Assembly (NCBI GenBank): GCA_039000985.1
Contig: JAWBMD010000008.1
Location: forward strand, 1-40,919
Reading direction: 5' to 3'
Source: Candidatus Aenigmatarchaeota archaeon
GTDB taxonomy: Archaea; Aenigmatarchaeota; Aenigmatarchaeia; CG10238-14; SpSt-28
Length of the DNA: 40,919 bases
Shown here: in pieces, positions 29,352-37,908 of the stretch
Layout of the letters: every line of letters starts with the position of its first letter
Numbering within the stretch: position 1 is the first letter of the stretch
Program-made: the position numbers and the translations under genes
The notes under the pieces: model-generated
What the model was told of the DNA's origin: nothing
The model's database searches: none
Seen by the model: the letters and a program-made list of their open reading frames with translations, nothing else

Positions 29352-31556
29352 TTATATGTGTGGTTTATATCTTTTCATCAATAGAGAATTAAAAGTAACC
29401 GAAACAGAACTAAATGCCATGGCTATACCAGCTATAATTGGATTAAGTAAAAATCCTGTAAATGGATATAATAAGCCTGCTGCTATAGGTATGCAGATAC
29501 TATTGTAAAAGAATGCCCAGAAAAGATTTTGCTTAATCTTTTTGATAGTATAATTACTTAGATCTATTGCTATTACTACATCTCTTAAATCGTTTTTAAT
29601 CAAAACAATTTGTCCTGTTTCGAGCGCAACGTCTGTTCCAGCTCCTATGGCAATACCTATATCTGCCCTAGCTAATGCTGGAGCATCGTTTATACCATCA
29701 CCAACCATTGCAACAATCTTACCATTTTCTTGTAACTTTCTAATTTCTTTTTCTTTATCTCTGGGTAGAACTTCTGCTAAGACATAATTTATACCTAGTT
29801 CTCTTGCTATTGCAATGGCTGTTCTTTTATTATCACCAGTAATCATAATTGTTTCTTTACCCATTTTTTGCAGCTTTTGAACAGCTTCCTTAGAAAATTT
29901 TTTTAGATTATCTCTGACAGCAATTAAACCAACAATTTTTTTGTTAATAGCTAAAATCATAACCGTTTTTCCTTCGTTCTCCAAATTTTCTATTCTTTCC
30001 CCCAACCTCCCAATTTTTATTTTGTATTTTCTCATTAAATTCCTGTTACCGAAAAGAATTTCATATCTATTGTACTTTGCAATAACTCCATATCCTGGTA
30101 TTGCTTTAAAGAACTTAGCATCTGGAATTTTTATTTTCTCTTCTTTTGTTTTGTTAATTATAGCATCTGCAAGCGGATGTTCTGAATTCTTCTCTGAAAT
30201 GGCAGCATATTTTAGAATTTCTTTCCTGTTTAATCTACCAATTTCTATAATATCCGTAACGCTTGGTTTTCCCTCTGTTAAAGTTCCTGTTTTATCGAAA
30301 ACAATAGTTGTTAATTTGTTTGTATTTTCCAAAGCTTCTGCACTCTTAATTAATATTCCGTTTTCTGCAGCTTTACCTATTCCCACCATTATAGCTGTTG
30401 GTGTAGCTAAACCTAGAGCACATGGACAAGAGATAATTAAAACAGCTATGAAAATACTTAAAGAAAAAGCAAAATTTTGTCCCAAAATAAAATACCAAAT
30501 AGAGAAAGCTAAAATACCAATAAGGAGAACTGCTTGAACGAAATAACCACTTACTTTATCTGCCAATCTCTGAATTGGTGCTTTACTTCCTTGAGCTTCT
30601 TCTACTAACTTTATTATTTGATTAAGAATAGTATCTTTTCCAACCTTAGTTGCTTTAAACTTGAGTGATCCATACTTATTAATTGTCCCCCCAATTACTA
30701 TATCTCCCTTTTTCTTTTCAACAGGTATACTTTCTCCTGTAATCATGGATTCATCTACAGAAGAAATACCCTCTATAACTATTCCATCAACAGGTATTTT
30801 TTGTCCAGGTTTTACTACAACAATATCTCCAACAACAACATCTTCTATTGGAACTTGTATTTCTTTACTATTCCTAATAACTGTTGCGTTTTTAGGTTGC
30901 AAGCCTATTAACTTCTTAATAGCTTCTGAGGCTCTTCCCTTCACTAAAGATTCGAGCCATTTTCCAAGAGTAATAAATGTTATTATTATAGCAGAGATCT
31001 CGAAATAAACGTAATCTCCTAGAGCATCGGGAAAAAGCACAACAAAAAAACTATAAAAGTAGGCAGCTGATGTTCCTATAGCTATCAAAGTATCCATGTT
31101 TGCGCTTTTTGATTTTAATGCATAAAACGATCCTCTATAAAATCTATAACCAACAATAAACTGAACGGGAGTTGCAAGTAGAAGAAGGATTATATTTTTG
31201 TATGGGATTTTTATATTTAACCATTCAAATGGCATAGAAATTAAAAAGATTGGAATAGATAGCAATAAAGAAAAAAGAAATAAAGATTTCAATGTTTTAA
31301 TCTCCTTTTCTCTAGCTTCTTTCTCTTTATCAATAACTTTTTCTACTTCTTCAATAACCTTATACCCTAGTTGTTCAATAGTACTATAAATTTTACTTTC
31401 GTTTATCAAATTTTCATCAAACTCAATAAATGCCTTTTCTGTTGCAAAATTAACATTTACTTTAATAATACCATCTAACTTTTTGAGTCTTGATTCTATC
31501 TCTCGTGCACAAGCTGCACAGTGCATTCCTAAGATCGGGATCGTTACTTTTTTCAT
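29352..31556 (-). CDS. copA: Cu(I)-translocating P1B ATPase
   Basis: GMHCAAC HMA domain, TGES, CPC, DKTGT, SEHP, GDGIND, YN and MAFSS. Start moved to the ATG of MKKVTIPI (31556). Confidence 0.95.
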   Translation of the reverse strand: MKKVTIPILGMHCAACAREIESRLKKLDGIIKVNVNFATEKAFIEFDENLINESKIYSTIEQLGYKVIEEVEKVIDKEKEAREKEIKTLKSLFLFSLLLSIPIFLISMPFEWLNIKIPYKNIILLLLATPVQFIVGYRFYRGSFYALKSKSANMDTLIAIGTSAAYFYSFFVVLFPDALGDYVYFEISAIIITFITLGKWLESLVKGRASEAIKKLIGLQPKNATVIRNSKEIQVPIEDVVVGDIVVVKPGQKIPVDGIVIEGISSVDESMITGESIPVEKKKGDIVIGGTINKYGSLKFKATKVGKDTILNQIIKLVEEAQGSKAPIQRLADKVSGYFVQAVLLIGILAFSIWYFILGQNFAFSLSIFIAVLIISCPCALGLATPTAIMVGIGKAAENGILIKSAEALENTNKLTTIVFDKTGTLTEGKPSVTDIIEIGRLNRKEILKYAAISEKNSEHPLADAIINKTKEEKIKIPDAKFFKAIPGYGVIAKYNRYEILFGNRNLMRKYKIKIGRLGERIENLENEGKTVMILAINKKIVGLIAVRDNLKKFSKEAVQKLQKMGKETIMITGDNKRTAIAIARELGINYVLAEVLPRDKEKEIRKLQENGKIVAMVGDGINDAPALARADIGIAIGAGTDVALETGQIVLIKNDLRDVVIAIDLSNYTIKKIKQNLFWAFFYNSICIPIAAGLLYPFTGFLLNPIIAGIAMAFSSVSVTFNSLLMKRYKPHI

Positions 31557-31684
31557 GTTATTTTTAAAGCATAAGTAACTATTTCTATATTGCAACTTTT
31601 ATATATTTTACATTCTTCACATTTTTGAGATCAAATTTTTTCTTTGTTCTGAGCACATATAAAATTTTTGCCCTTGTTTCAATA

Positions 31685-32509
31685 TTATTTATTAACGGTA
31701 CCTCTAACTCCACCTCCACAACATCCACAACCTCCCACAGCATTTGCAGTTCCTGTTGTTCGTGTGTTCGTGTAAACTTGATGATTATTTGAACCAATCG
31801 ATGAGTCACTAAAAACAGTTGCAGGGAAACTATCAAAAACAGCTAACGAAAGTATCTTTTGTTTTGATGTCTTTGTTGAATCGTACTTAACTTCAAAAAC
31901 ATTTGGAAAACTAAATTTTACGTCTATTACTCCACTAATCGATTTTAATTCGTTAGAAATTAGTGGTGCGTGTCCTGGGCACGGTATATCCACACTTAAC
32001 TTCAACAATCTTAATGTTGAAGGATCGAAACCATTTTTGTTATCATCTGTTCCAACTCCGACAACTCCAGTGGCTCCAGTTATTGAAAGATTGTTATTAG
32101 AAGTAGTAGAAATATTAGTGAGCATCGGAAATATTAAGATGAAAAATAAGATATTTGTTCCAACAGTAGAGCCATACATACTTATCAGATATTTCCATTT
32201 TCTTTTTACTCCATCAACTGATAACAAATTATTTTTTCTTAAATATAGAAAGGATGAAAGTGTTGCGAATAAGAAAGATACTAAAATAAGTATATGGAAG
32301 AAATACCGATTTAATAAAAGTGGTTTTAAAAATTGTATAAATAAGGTAGCCCCCAGTACTGAACCTATAATAAAAGCTATACAGCAGGTATGGGGAATTA
32401 AACCATAAGCTATTCCTTGTAAGATACCCCCTTTCAATTTTTTATCTTTAAATTCTATTTTCTTAGTGCAACAATCTTGTATGCCCGCCATCTTTTTCGA
32501 ACCTCTCAT
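31685..32509 (-). CDS. Cys-rich membrane protein with HMA-like domain (metal transport/chaperone candidate)
   Basis: DCC, PHTCC in TM1, three TM, IPCPGH...LKSISGVIDVK HMA-like fold, C-terminal GCGCCGGG; directly upstream of copA. Confidence 0.7.
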   Translation of the reverse strand: MRGSKKMAGIQDCCTKKIEFKDKKLKGGILQGIAYGLIPHTCCIAFIIGSVLGATLFIQFLKPLLLNRYFFHILILVSFLFATLSSFLYLRKNNLLSVDGVKRKWKYLISMYGSTVGTNILFFILIFPMLTNISTTSNNNLSITGATGVVGVGTDDNKNGFDPSTLRLLKLSVDIPCPGHAPLISNELKSISGVIDVKFSFPNVFEVKYDSTKTSKQKILSLAVFDSFPATVFSDSSIGSNNHQVYTNTRTTGTANAVGGCGCCGGGVRGTVNK

Positions 32510-32590
32510 AATAATAATTATGAATGAAACGGCTTATTAATCTTTAGTATGAAACTAGTTTCAATGTAGAACAACAATATTACCAATAAT

Positions 32591-32746
32591 CTATCTCATT
32601 CTTTCGATTAATTTATCAAGGGTTATGGGTCTTTCAGATTCGATTATTTTATAAAGAACCAATCCTTCATAATCACTTAATCCGTTACACATTTTCTGAT
32701 AATATTTCTTTGTAATCTTCTTTGGCTTGATTCGTAACTTAATCAT
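32591..32746 (-). pseudogene. Possible remnant of a MarR-like/wHTH regulator
   Basis: Hand translation KITKKYYQKMCNGLSDYEGLVLYKII, frameshift, ESE..ITLDKLIER; resembles the L..DE..V...I.ESEG...LDKL....IER pattern of archaeal wHTH regulators. Confidence 0.35.
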
Positions 32747-32807
32747 CTCAAATTTTTTAACTGAATACAATTAAAACTAAAATTCATTTGGTAAAGAATC
32801 CTTAATA

Positions 32808-32893
32808 CGCCGAGGCGGGGATTTGAACCCCGATGGAGCAAAGCTCCACAGGCTTAGCAGACCTGCGCCTTAACCAGGTTCGGCCACCTCGGC
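32808..32893 (-). tRNA. tRNA-Ser(GCT), no intron, CCA not encoded
   Basis: Acceptor GCCGAGG/CCTCGGC plus discriminator G; anticodon loop CT-GCT-AA; long variable arm GGAGC-TTT-GCTCC; T arm CGGGG-TTCAAAT-CCCCG. Confidence 0.96.
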
Positions 32894-32897
32894 ATAA

Positions 32898-34187
32898 TTA
32901 TTTATTTGCTAATCTTTTTAAAACATACAAATCATTATCTACACTTTCAACAGTTTCATAATTTTGGAATAAAATAGGAGAATAGTACTGAGTAGCTAAA
33001 ATTAATTTTGGTTTTTCTTTTTCAACTTCGCTAAAAAATTTTTCTCTTCCATAGAATTCAACAAACTTAAAATCTGAATCAAAAAAATTTCCAGCAATTT
33101 TTCTATCTGTAATAAATGAAACAAGATTGATAATTCTCGGATCACCAAATATCTTATCATCTTTATCACTATATTTCAATATAAATTCAATAGCTTTAAA
33201 AATTAAAGTATTTCTTTCTTTAGAATAGTGATAAACAAAACTATGAATATTTGAAAGAAGAGACAATGAAATTACAGTTAAAATAAAAATTTTTGAAATC
33301 AATAACTTATCTTTATAATAAGCTCTTCCAACTGCAGGAAATAAAATAAACAAAGATGGAATAAAATAATGATAAATAATTTGTTTAAATATTAAAAGAA
33401 CTATGAGGTTATAAAAAATAAAACAAATGGAAGCAAATCTTATTTTTTTATCTTTATTACTTAATAAATATATAACCAAAAAAGTTGTAAAAATACCTAA
33501 AGCAAAGTATTGATCCAACCATACTGTTGGTTGAATTTGCATTTTTATGTTTTGACTTAAATGATAAATAATTGTATCTGTTATAAAGCTCTTTCCCAAA
33601 ATTAAAAAAGGTATTAAAATCTGAAAAAATGTATAAATAAAAAGTTTCTTTTTGTTTTTAGCCAAAAATAAATTAAATGGAAATAAAAGAATTATTAAAT
33701 ATCTTGTGAAAAAAGCTAGAGAAAAAAATAGTGAAGAAAGAAAATATCTTTTTCTGACTAAAAAAATCAAGCTAATAAGATAAAAAAAAGATGCTTCGAA
33801 CATTCCCATAGAAAGAGGTGCGAAAATAAAAAATGCCGGAAATATTAAAAAGAATATTGATGAGTATTCTGCTTCTTTCTTTCCAAAAATATCTTTTGTT
33901 ATAAAATACATTAAGATTAAGCAAAGAAATGAAATGAACAAAGAAAAAAATTTTGCTGTAAACAAACTAGCTCCAAATATTTTAAAAAACAAAGCATAAA
34001 GATAAATTTGTATTGGAGGATGTGCAAAAAAGAAATCTTTATATGGAAATAATCCATTTGCTACTGCTTTTCCCATGTTTATATAAATGTTTCCATCTGA
34101 AATGTTTGGAGCAAAAATATCTAAGCCGAAAAAATAAAAAATAGCAATTACTGTAAAAAATAGCAAAACAATTTTAAACATAACCAA
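32898..34187 (-). CDS. GT-C (ArnT/PMT-like) membrane glycosyltransferase
   Basis: SDGNIY...GLFPYKDFFFAHPP motif, about 11 TM, C-terminal soluble domain. Confidence 0.85.
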   Translation of the reverse strand: MVMFKIVLLFFTVIAIFYFFGLDIFAPNISDGNIYINMGKAVANGLFPYKDFFFAHPPIQIYLYALFFKIFGASLFTAKFFSLFISFLCLILMYFITKDIFGKKEAEYSSIFFLIFPAFFIFAPLSMGMFEASFFYLISLIFLVRKRYFLSSLFFSLAFFTRYLIILLFPFNLFLAKNKKKLFIYTFFQILIPFLILGKSFITDTIIYHLSQNIKMQIQPTVWLDQYFALGIFTTFLVIYLLSNKDKKIRFASICFIFYNLIVLLIFKQIIYHYFIPSLFILFPAVGRAYYKDKLLISKIFILTVISLSLLSNIHSFVYHYSKERNTLIFKAIEFILKYSDKDDKIFGDPRIINLVSFITDRKIAGNFFDSDFKFVEFYGREKFFSEVEKEKPKLILATQYYSPILFQNYETVESVDNDLYVLKRLANK

Positions 34188-35187
34188 TTCCTTTAACTTT
34201 TAGTAAATTACCTTCAATGAAAAAATTAGCATTTAAAAGCTTTTCACAAACAATGATATTAGTTTTTACATGATCTGTAAATTCTTCAATAGTAAATTGA
34301 GAAATTCCATTAGCTAAAGCTAAAAACAAAATTATTTGATCTGACATAAATTTATCCAAGCAAGCATTTTTTTCAATACTTTTTTTAATTCCTAAACCAA
34401 CTTCCCTTCCAACATCTTCAGCTCTTTTACCTTTTTCACCAATACCATCTATACCCAAAATACAATTTTTATATTTAGCAATAGCAACTAAGGATGAACC
34501 AATACTTAAAGTATCAACATATTTTATGTTTCTAACTACACTACCAACAATGTTTTCTAAACCATTTATTTGTCTTTCAGCTACTTTATTCTTTTCTAAT
34601 TCCTTGCTTGCTATACTATAACTTTCAATGTTTTGAAAATCTCCCCTTTCTGTTAAATTCAATGTTTTCAATTTTTCTATTGGAAAAATCTCAACATTAA
34701 CTATTCCTCCTCCTTTTGGATAAAAACCATATTTTTCAACATTTATTTCAATATTAAAACCAATTAATTTCAAATAATGAAGAAAAACTTTTTGGTAGTA
34801 TGTAATTGTTGGTGCATTAGTTGTGTCTGTACCACCTTTAATGGTTAAATTCACTTTATTTTTACAAAACATTAAAATTGGTATTAAAGTTTGAAGAAGT
34901 AAAGTTATGCTGCCAGCTGTTTTTATATCTATGAAAATTCTTGAAGGTATTTCTAAACTTTTTGGAATAAAAACAACCTCTGTAGAGCCAACATAGGCTC
35001 CTTTAACTTCAGCCTTGCATAATTTTGCTGCTTCTATTACTCCAGCTAAATGTTGTGGTCTTAACCCTGGATTTGGTCTATTTACTCTTATATTAAAAAT
35101 TTTTAATGGTTTTTGTGTTATGACAGAAATTGCTATTGCAGTTCTTAAAACTTGCCCATATCCGATTGATCCATCTAATTCAATCAT
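34174..35187 (-). CDS. rtcA: RNA 3'-terminal phosphate cyclase
   Basis: MIELDGS..GQVLRTA, RPNPGLRPQH, TAGSITL, GGTD, GFYPKGGG, DQ, catalytic HVKTN. Start moved to ATG at 35187. Confidence 0.95.
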   Translation of the reverse strand: MIELDGSIGYGQVLRTAIAISVITQKPLKIFNIRVNRPNPGLRPQHLAGVIEAAKLCKAEVKGAYVGSTEVVFIPKSLEIPSRIFIDIKTAGSITLLLQTLIPILMFCKNKVNLTIKGGTDTTNAPTITYYQKVFLHYLKLIGFNIEINVEKYGFYPKGGGIVNVEIFPIEKLKTLNLTERGDFQNIESYSIASKELEKNKVAERQINGLENIVGSVVRNIKYVDTLSIGSSLVAIAKYKNCILGIDGIGEKGKRAEDVGREVGLGIKKSIEKNACLDKFMSDQIILFLALANGISQFTIEEFTDHVKTNIIVCEKLLNANFFIEGNLLKVKGIGYV

Positions 35188-35275
35188 TTTCTTAAATAAA
35201 AATACAATCGAAATTAATAAGTTAGAAGTATGAAATTTTGCACAATAAATATAAGCTAAGAATAATTTGATTTGT

Positions 35276-36262
35276 ATGAAATTTTTTTGTTTAGTTTGTG
35301 AAAAAACAACAGTATCTGAAAACATTAAATACTATTGCGATTGTGGAAATGTTTTAGAAATAAAGGATTTGGAAGAAGATTTCAAAAAAGTTAGTATGGG
35401 TGAGGGTAATACTCCACTAATATTTTTAAAGGATTTTAACGTATATGTAAAACTAGAAAATATTAATCCAACAGGCTCTTTTAAAGATAGAGGTAGTGTT
35501 ATAGAGATAGGATATGCTTTATCGAAAGGTTATAGAAATGTTTGTACTGCTTCAACTGGTAACATGGCTATTTCTATATCAGCCTATTCTGCTTTCGCTT
35601 CACTTAATTGCACGGTTTTTTTAACAAAAAATACAAGCAAGAAAAAACTTGAACAAATAAAAATTTTTGGAGCAAAAATAGTGAAAAAATTCAAAACATA
35701 CACAGAAGCTTTAAAATATTGTGAGAGTGAATCAACAAAAAGAAAATGGTTTTTATGTGGGGATTATGGGTTGAGAATAGAGGGACATAAAATTATTAGC
35801 CATGAAATTGTTAAGCAATTAAACGATTTTCCAGATGTTGTTATAGTTCCTGTTGGTAATGGAAATTTATTTTATTCTTTACACAAAGGTTTTTCTGAAA
35901 TGGGAAAAATTCCAAAAATTATAGGTGTTGAAGCTTCTGGTTGCGATCCTTTATATAAAGCATTTATTAAGAGAAGTGAGAATTTTGTACAAATAAAGCG
36001 TGCTTTAACAAAAGCTTCAGCAATTGCATGTGAAGATCCGATTTGGGGAAGAAATATTTTAAAGCTTTGTTATCAGTTTGGACATGAAATATATAGAGAA
36101 AGCGACAAGAACATGGAAAAGTCTCAAAAAATTTTAGGAGGTAAAGGTATTTATGTTGAGCTTGCAAGTGCTTCTGTATTTTCAACATATTTAAAATTAA
36201 GAGATAAATTGAAAGATAAAAAAGTTGTTCTTGTTTTAACGGGTTCGGGCTTAAAAAGTTGA
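35276..36262 (+). CDS. thrC: Threonine synthase-like PLP enzyme (fold type II)
   Basis: N-terminal CxxC...CxC, MGEGNTPL, NPTGSFKDRG (PLP Lys), ASTGN, VPVGNG, LTGSGLK. Start set at ATG 35276; the exact reaction is uncertain. Confidence 0.8.
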   Translation: MKFFCLVCEKTTVSENIKYYCDCGNVLEIKDLEEDFKKVSMGEGNTPLIFLKDFNVYVKLENINPTGSFKDRGSVIEIGYALSKGYRNVCTASTGNMAISISAYSAFASLNCTVFLTKNTSKKKLEQIKIFGAKIVKKFKTYTEALKYCESESTKRKWFLCGDYGLRIEGHKIISHEIVKQLNDFPDVVIVPVGNGNLFYSLHKGFSEMGKIPKIIGVEASGCDPLYKAFIKRSENFVQIKRALTKASAIACEDPIWGRNILKLCYQFGHEIYRESDKNMEKSQKILGGKGIYVELASASVFSTYLKLRDKLKDKKVVLVLTGSGLKS

Positions 36263-36312
36263 ATTTATAAATTAAAAACTAAATTATATTAGCCAGGTGG
36301 TGCATTTTTATT

Positions 36313-36576
36313 ATGAGGAAAGATAAATTAAAAAATGTGATAAAGGTGTTGGAATGCTTAAAAGAAAGTAATGATTGGATTTGGCTGAGAGAATGTTCTA
36401 GAAGAACAGGACTTCACCATTCTACAATATCAAGAATTTTAAGAGAGATTGATGCATTCGTGGAGCAATCATATTTAGATCCATTCAACTTAAGACTAGT
36501 AAGATTGAAAAAAGGTGTTAATATAGATGGTGTCTTGAAAATTCTCGAAGTAAAAGAAAAAATTAAGGAGATTTAA
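36313..36576 (+). CDS. Small winged helix-turn-helix protein
   Basis: WIWLRECSRRTGLHHSTISRIL HTH. Confidence 0.85.
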   Translation: MRKDKLKNVIKVLECLKESNDWIWLRECSRRTGLHHSTISRILREIDAFVEQSYLDPFNLRLVRLKKGVNIDGVLKILEVKEKIKEI

Positions 36577-37315
36577 ATCTTAGCCAACCTTTACCATCTT
36601 TTTCAAATCTTTCTACCATATCTGTTCTTCTACACATCTCTGATAATAAACCTCTTAAAGCTGAAACAGATATTCCTATACTTTGAGCTATTTCCTCATA
36701 ACTCATTTCTTTTTTTTCCTTAAGCATTTCTAATATTTGTTGCATTCTTGGAGATAGAGGCATGTTTTTTCTTATTTCTGATATTTCTCTAATTATTTGC
36801 TCTTTTTGGGTGCTTTCTTTCAAGCTTAGAGCTATTTCTTCTATGCGATTTAAAGCGCTTTCAATCGATTCATATCTTAAATTACTTCTACTTTCATGCT
36901 CGTCAATCGCTTTTAAAGCGATTTTAAGCGATTCGATCACTTTTGTGAAATATTCGTTGAGTTCAGCTTTAAGCCATTCCTTATCTGGTAATGATTTCTC
37001 AAGTCTTAATATCCCTTCCTCTATGTTCTTTAATGTCTTGCTTGTATATCCAATTATTATACCAGTTGGTAATTCTTTTTCCTTTTCCTCCAGTAAGGTT
37101 GCCAAATTTGTACTAGTTTGAAAAGACTGTGTAGCTCGAGTGTTATCTTCGCTTTGAATCGATTTTTGATCGCTTTGAATCGATTGATAATCGCTTTTAA
37201 GCGCTTCTTGAGCGATTTGACTTGAATTAGATGGCACAATTTGTTCTTCTTCTGCTTCGCTTTGAATCGCTTTGCTTCGCTTTAAGAGCGCTTTAATCTT
37301 ATCTAAGAGAGACAT
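36563..37315 (-). CDS. Coiled-coil protein with C-terminal winged HTH
   Basis: Low-complexity N-terminus, heptad-rich middle, LSPRMQQILEML...MSYEEIAQSIGISVSALRGLLSEM...VERFEKDGKGWLRF. Confidence 0.85.
   Translation of the reverse strand: MSLLDKIKALLKRSKAIQSEAEEEQIVPSNSSQIAQEALKSDYQSIQSDQKSIQSEDNTRATQSFQTSTNLATLLEEKEKELPTGIIIGYTSKTLKNIEEGILRLEKSLPDKEWLKAELNEYFTKVIESLKIALKAIDEHESRSNLRYESIESALNRIEEIALSLKESTQKEQIIREISEIRKNMPLSPRMQQILEMLKEKKEMSYEEIAQSIGISVSALRGLLSEMCRRTDMVERFEKDGKGWLRFKSP
36843..37293. repeat. Intragenic array of 17 KCGMTT sites (consensus palindrome AAKCGMTT) in four clusters at 10-11 bp spacing
   Basis: Central CG starts at 36846, 36856, 36866; 36908, 36919, 36929; 37150, 37160, 37171, 37181, 37192, 37202, 37213; 37258, 37268, 37278, 37289. 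Confidence 0.9.
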
Positions 37316-37343
37316 GCTACAAAAATAAATTAGGTGGAAACAA

Positions 37344-37352
37344 ATTTATAAG
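37344..37352 (-). promoter_or_regulatory. Probable TATA box of the coiled-coil/wHTH gene
   Basis: CTTATAAAT on the minus strand about 29 nt before the ATG at 37315, consistent with a near-leaderless archaeal promoter. Confidence 0.45.
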
Positions 37353-37812
37353 AATGTGTCAAAGTCTCACATTTACAAAAGTGAAGTTACGAATACATTT
37401 TTAGCTTTTTATTTACCATTCACACACAAATAGATTGAAAGTGTGTTCATCCTTTATTTGTCTATCTCCGAAGCTTGAATAAAACTATTTACATTAATTT
37501 TCACACTCACAAGTTGCTTTACCAAAAGACCACTATATAGTAGTAAATTAATCTATAATATATATACTTAAAAATATTTATTAAATAATATAGCAAAAAA
37601 TAAATATATAATAACATATATTTTTTAGTATATAATTGTCTATTTTACATATTTATTCTATTATTTTCACATTATTACCATCATTTTTAATTGGGTTGAA
37701 ATTGGGTAAATTTTTGAGGATTGTGTTTTTAAAAATCAAAAAATATATAGTTAAAAATATATTTTCCAGAATATAAATGAACTTTTTGCTTTATAAAGCC
37801 ATCAAAAATATA

Positions 37813-37834
37813 GGAGATAAGAGCAATTATCTCC
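37813..37834. repeat. Perfect inverted repeat GGAGATAA-N6-TTATCTCC (operator or hairpin)
   Basis: Seen directly; lies 75 nt past the stop of the helicase-nuclease gene. Confidence 0.55.
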
Positions 37835-37908
37835 GATTTGATTAATAGTTATAGTTGAAAATTTTAGGAAAATAAAATTCTTCGCAAATAGCTTAGCTTT
37901 AGGTTTAT

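Larger units (their letters stand above)
37316..37908. other. ~590-bp non-coding region with an extremely AT-rich core
   Basis: Longest intergenic gap in the window; about 37535-37670 is nearly all A/T with repeated TATA(TA) runs. Confidence 0.8.

Noticed and set aside
29941..31389. Antisense and nested ORFs in the track (e.g. 29941..30537, 30661..31008, 36762..37121, 13488..13730)
   Set aside because: They lie opposite or inside well-supported genes and have no recognisable motifs, so they are shadow ORFs.
31555..31836. 83-aa ORF 31585..31836 and a short Cys-rich frame ([22 protein letters not shown]) between the HMA gene and copA
   Set aside because: The first mostly overlaps the 274-aa gene out of frame; the second is interrupted by a stop and lacks a start, so it is too weak to call.
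29305..32893. tRNA-integrated element with att sites
   Set aside because: No second copy of the tRNA 3' end and no integrase found.
35188..35325. N-terminal extensions of RtcA (and of CopA, 31557..31595) in the ORF track
   Set aside because: Family similarity starts at the internal ATGs, and the RtcA extension would overlap the divergent gene and its promoter.
36843..37293. Repeat array as a CRISPR array
   Set aside because: Units are 6-8 bp at 10-11 bp period inside an ORF, with no 30-40 bp spacers and no cas genes.
37333..37344. GTGGAAACAAA resembling half of an archaeal ORB element
   Set aside because: Single partial match lacking the TTCCA arm and G-string; no cdc6/orc1 nearby.
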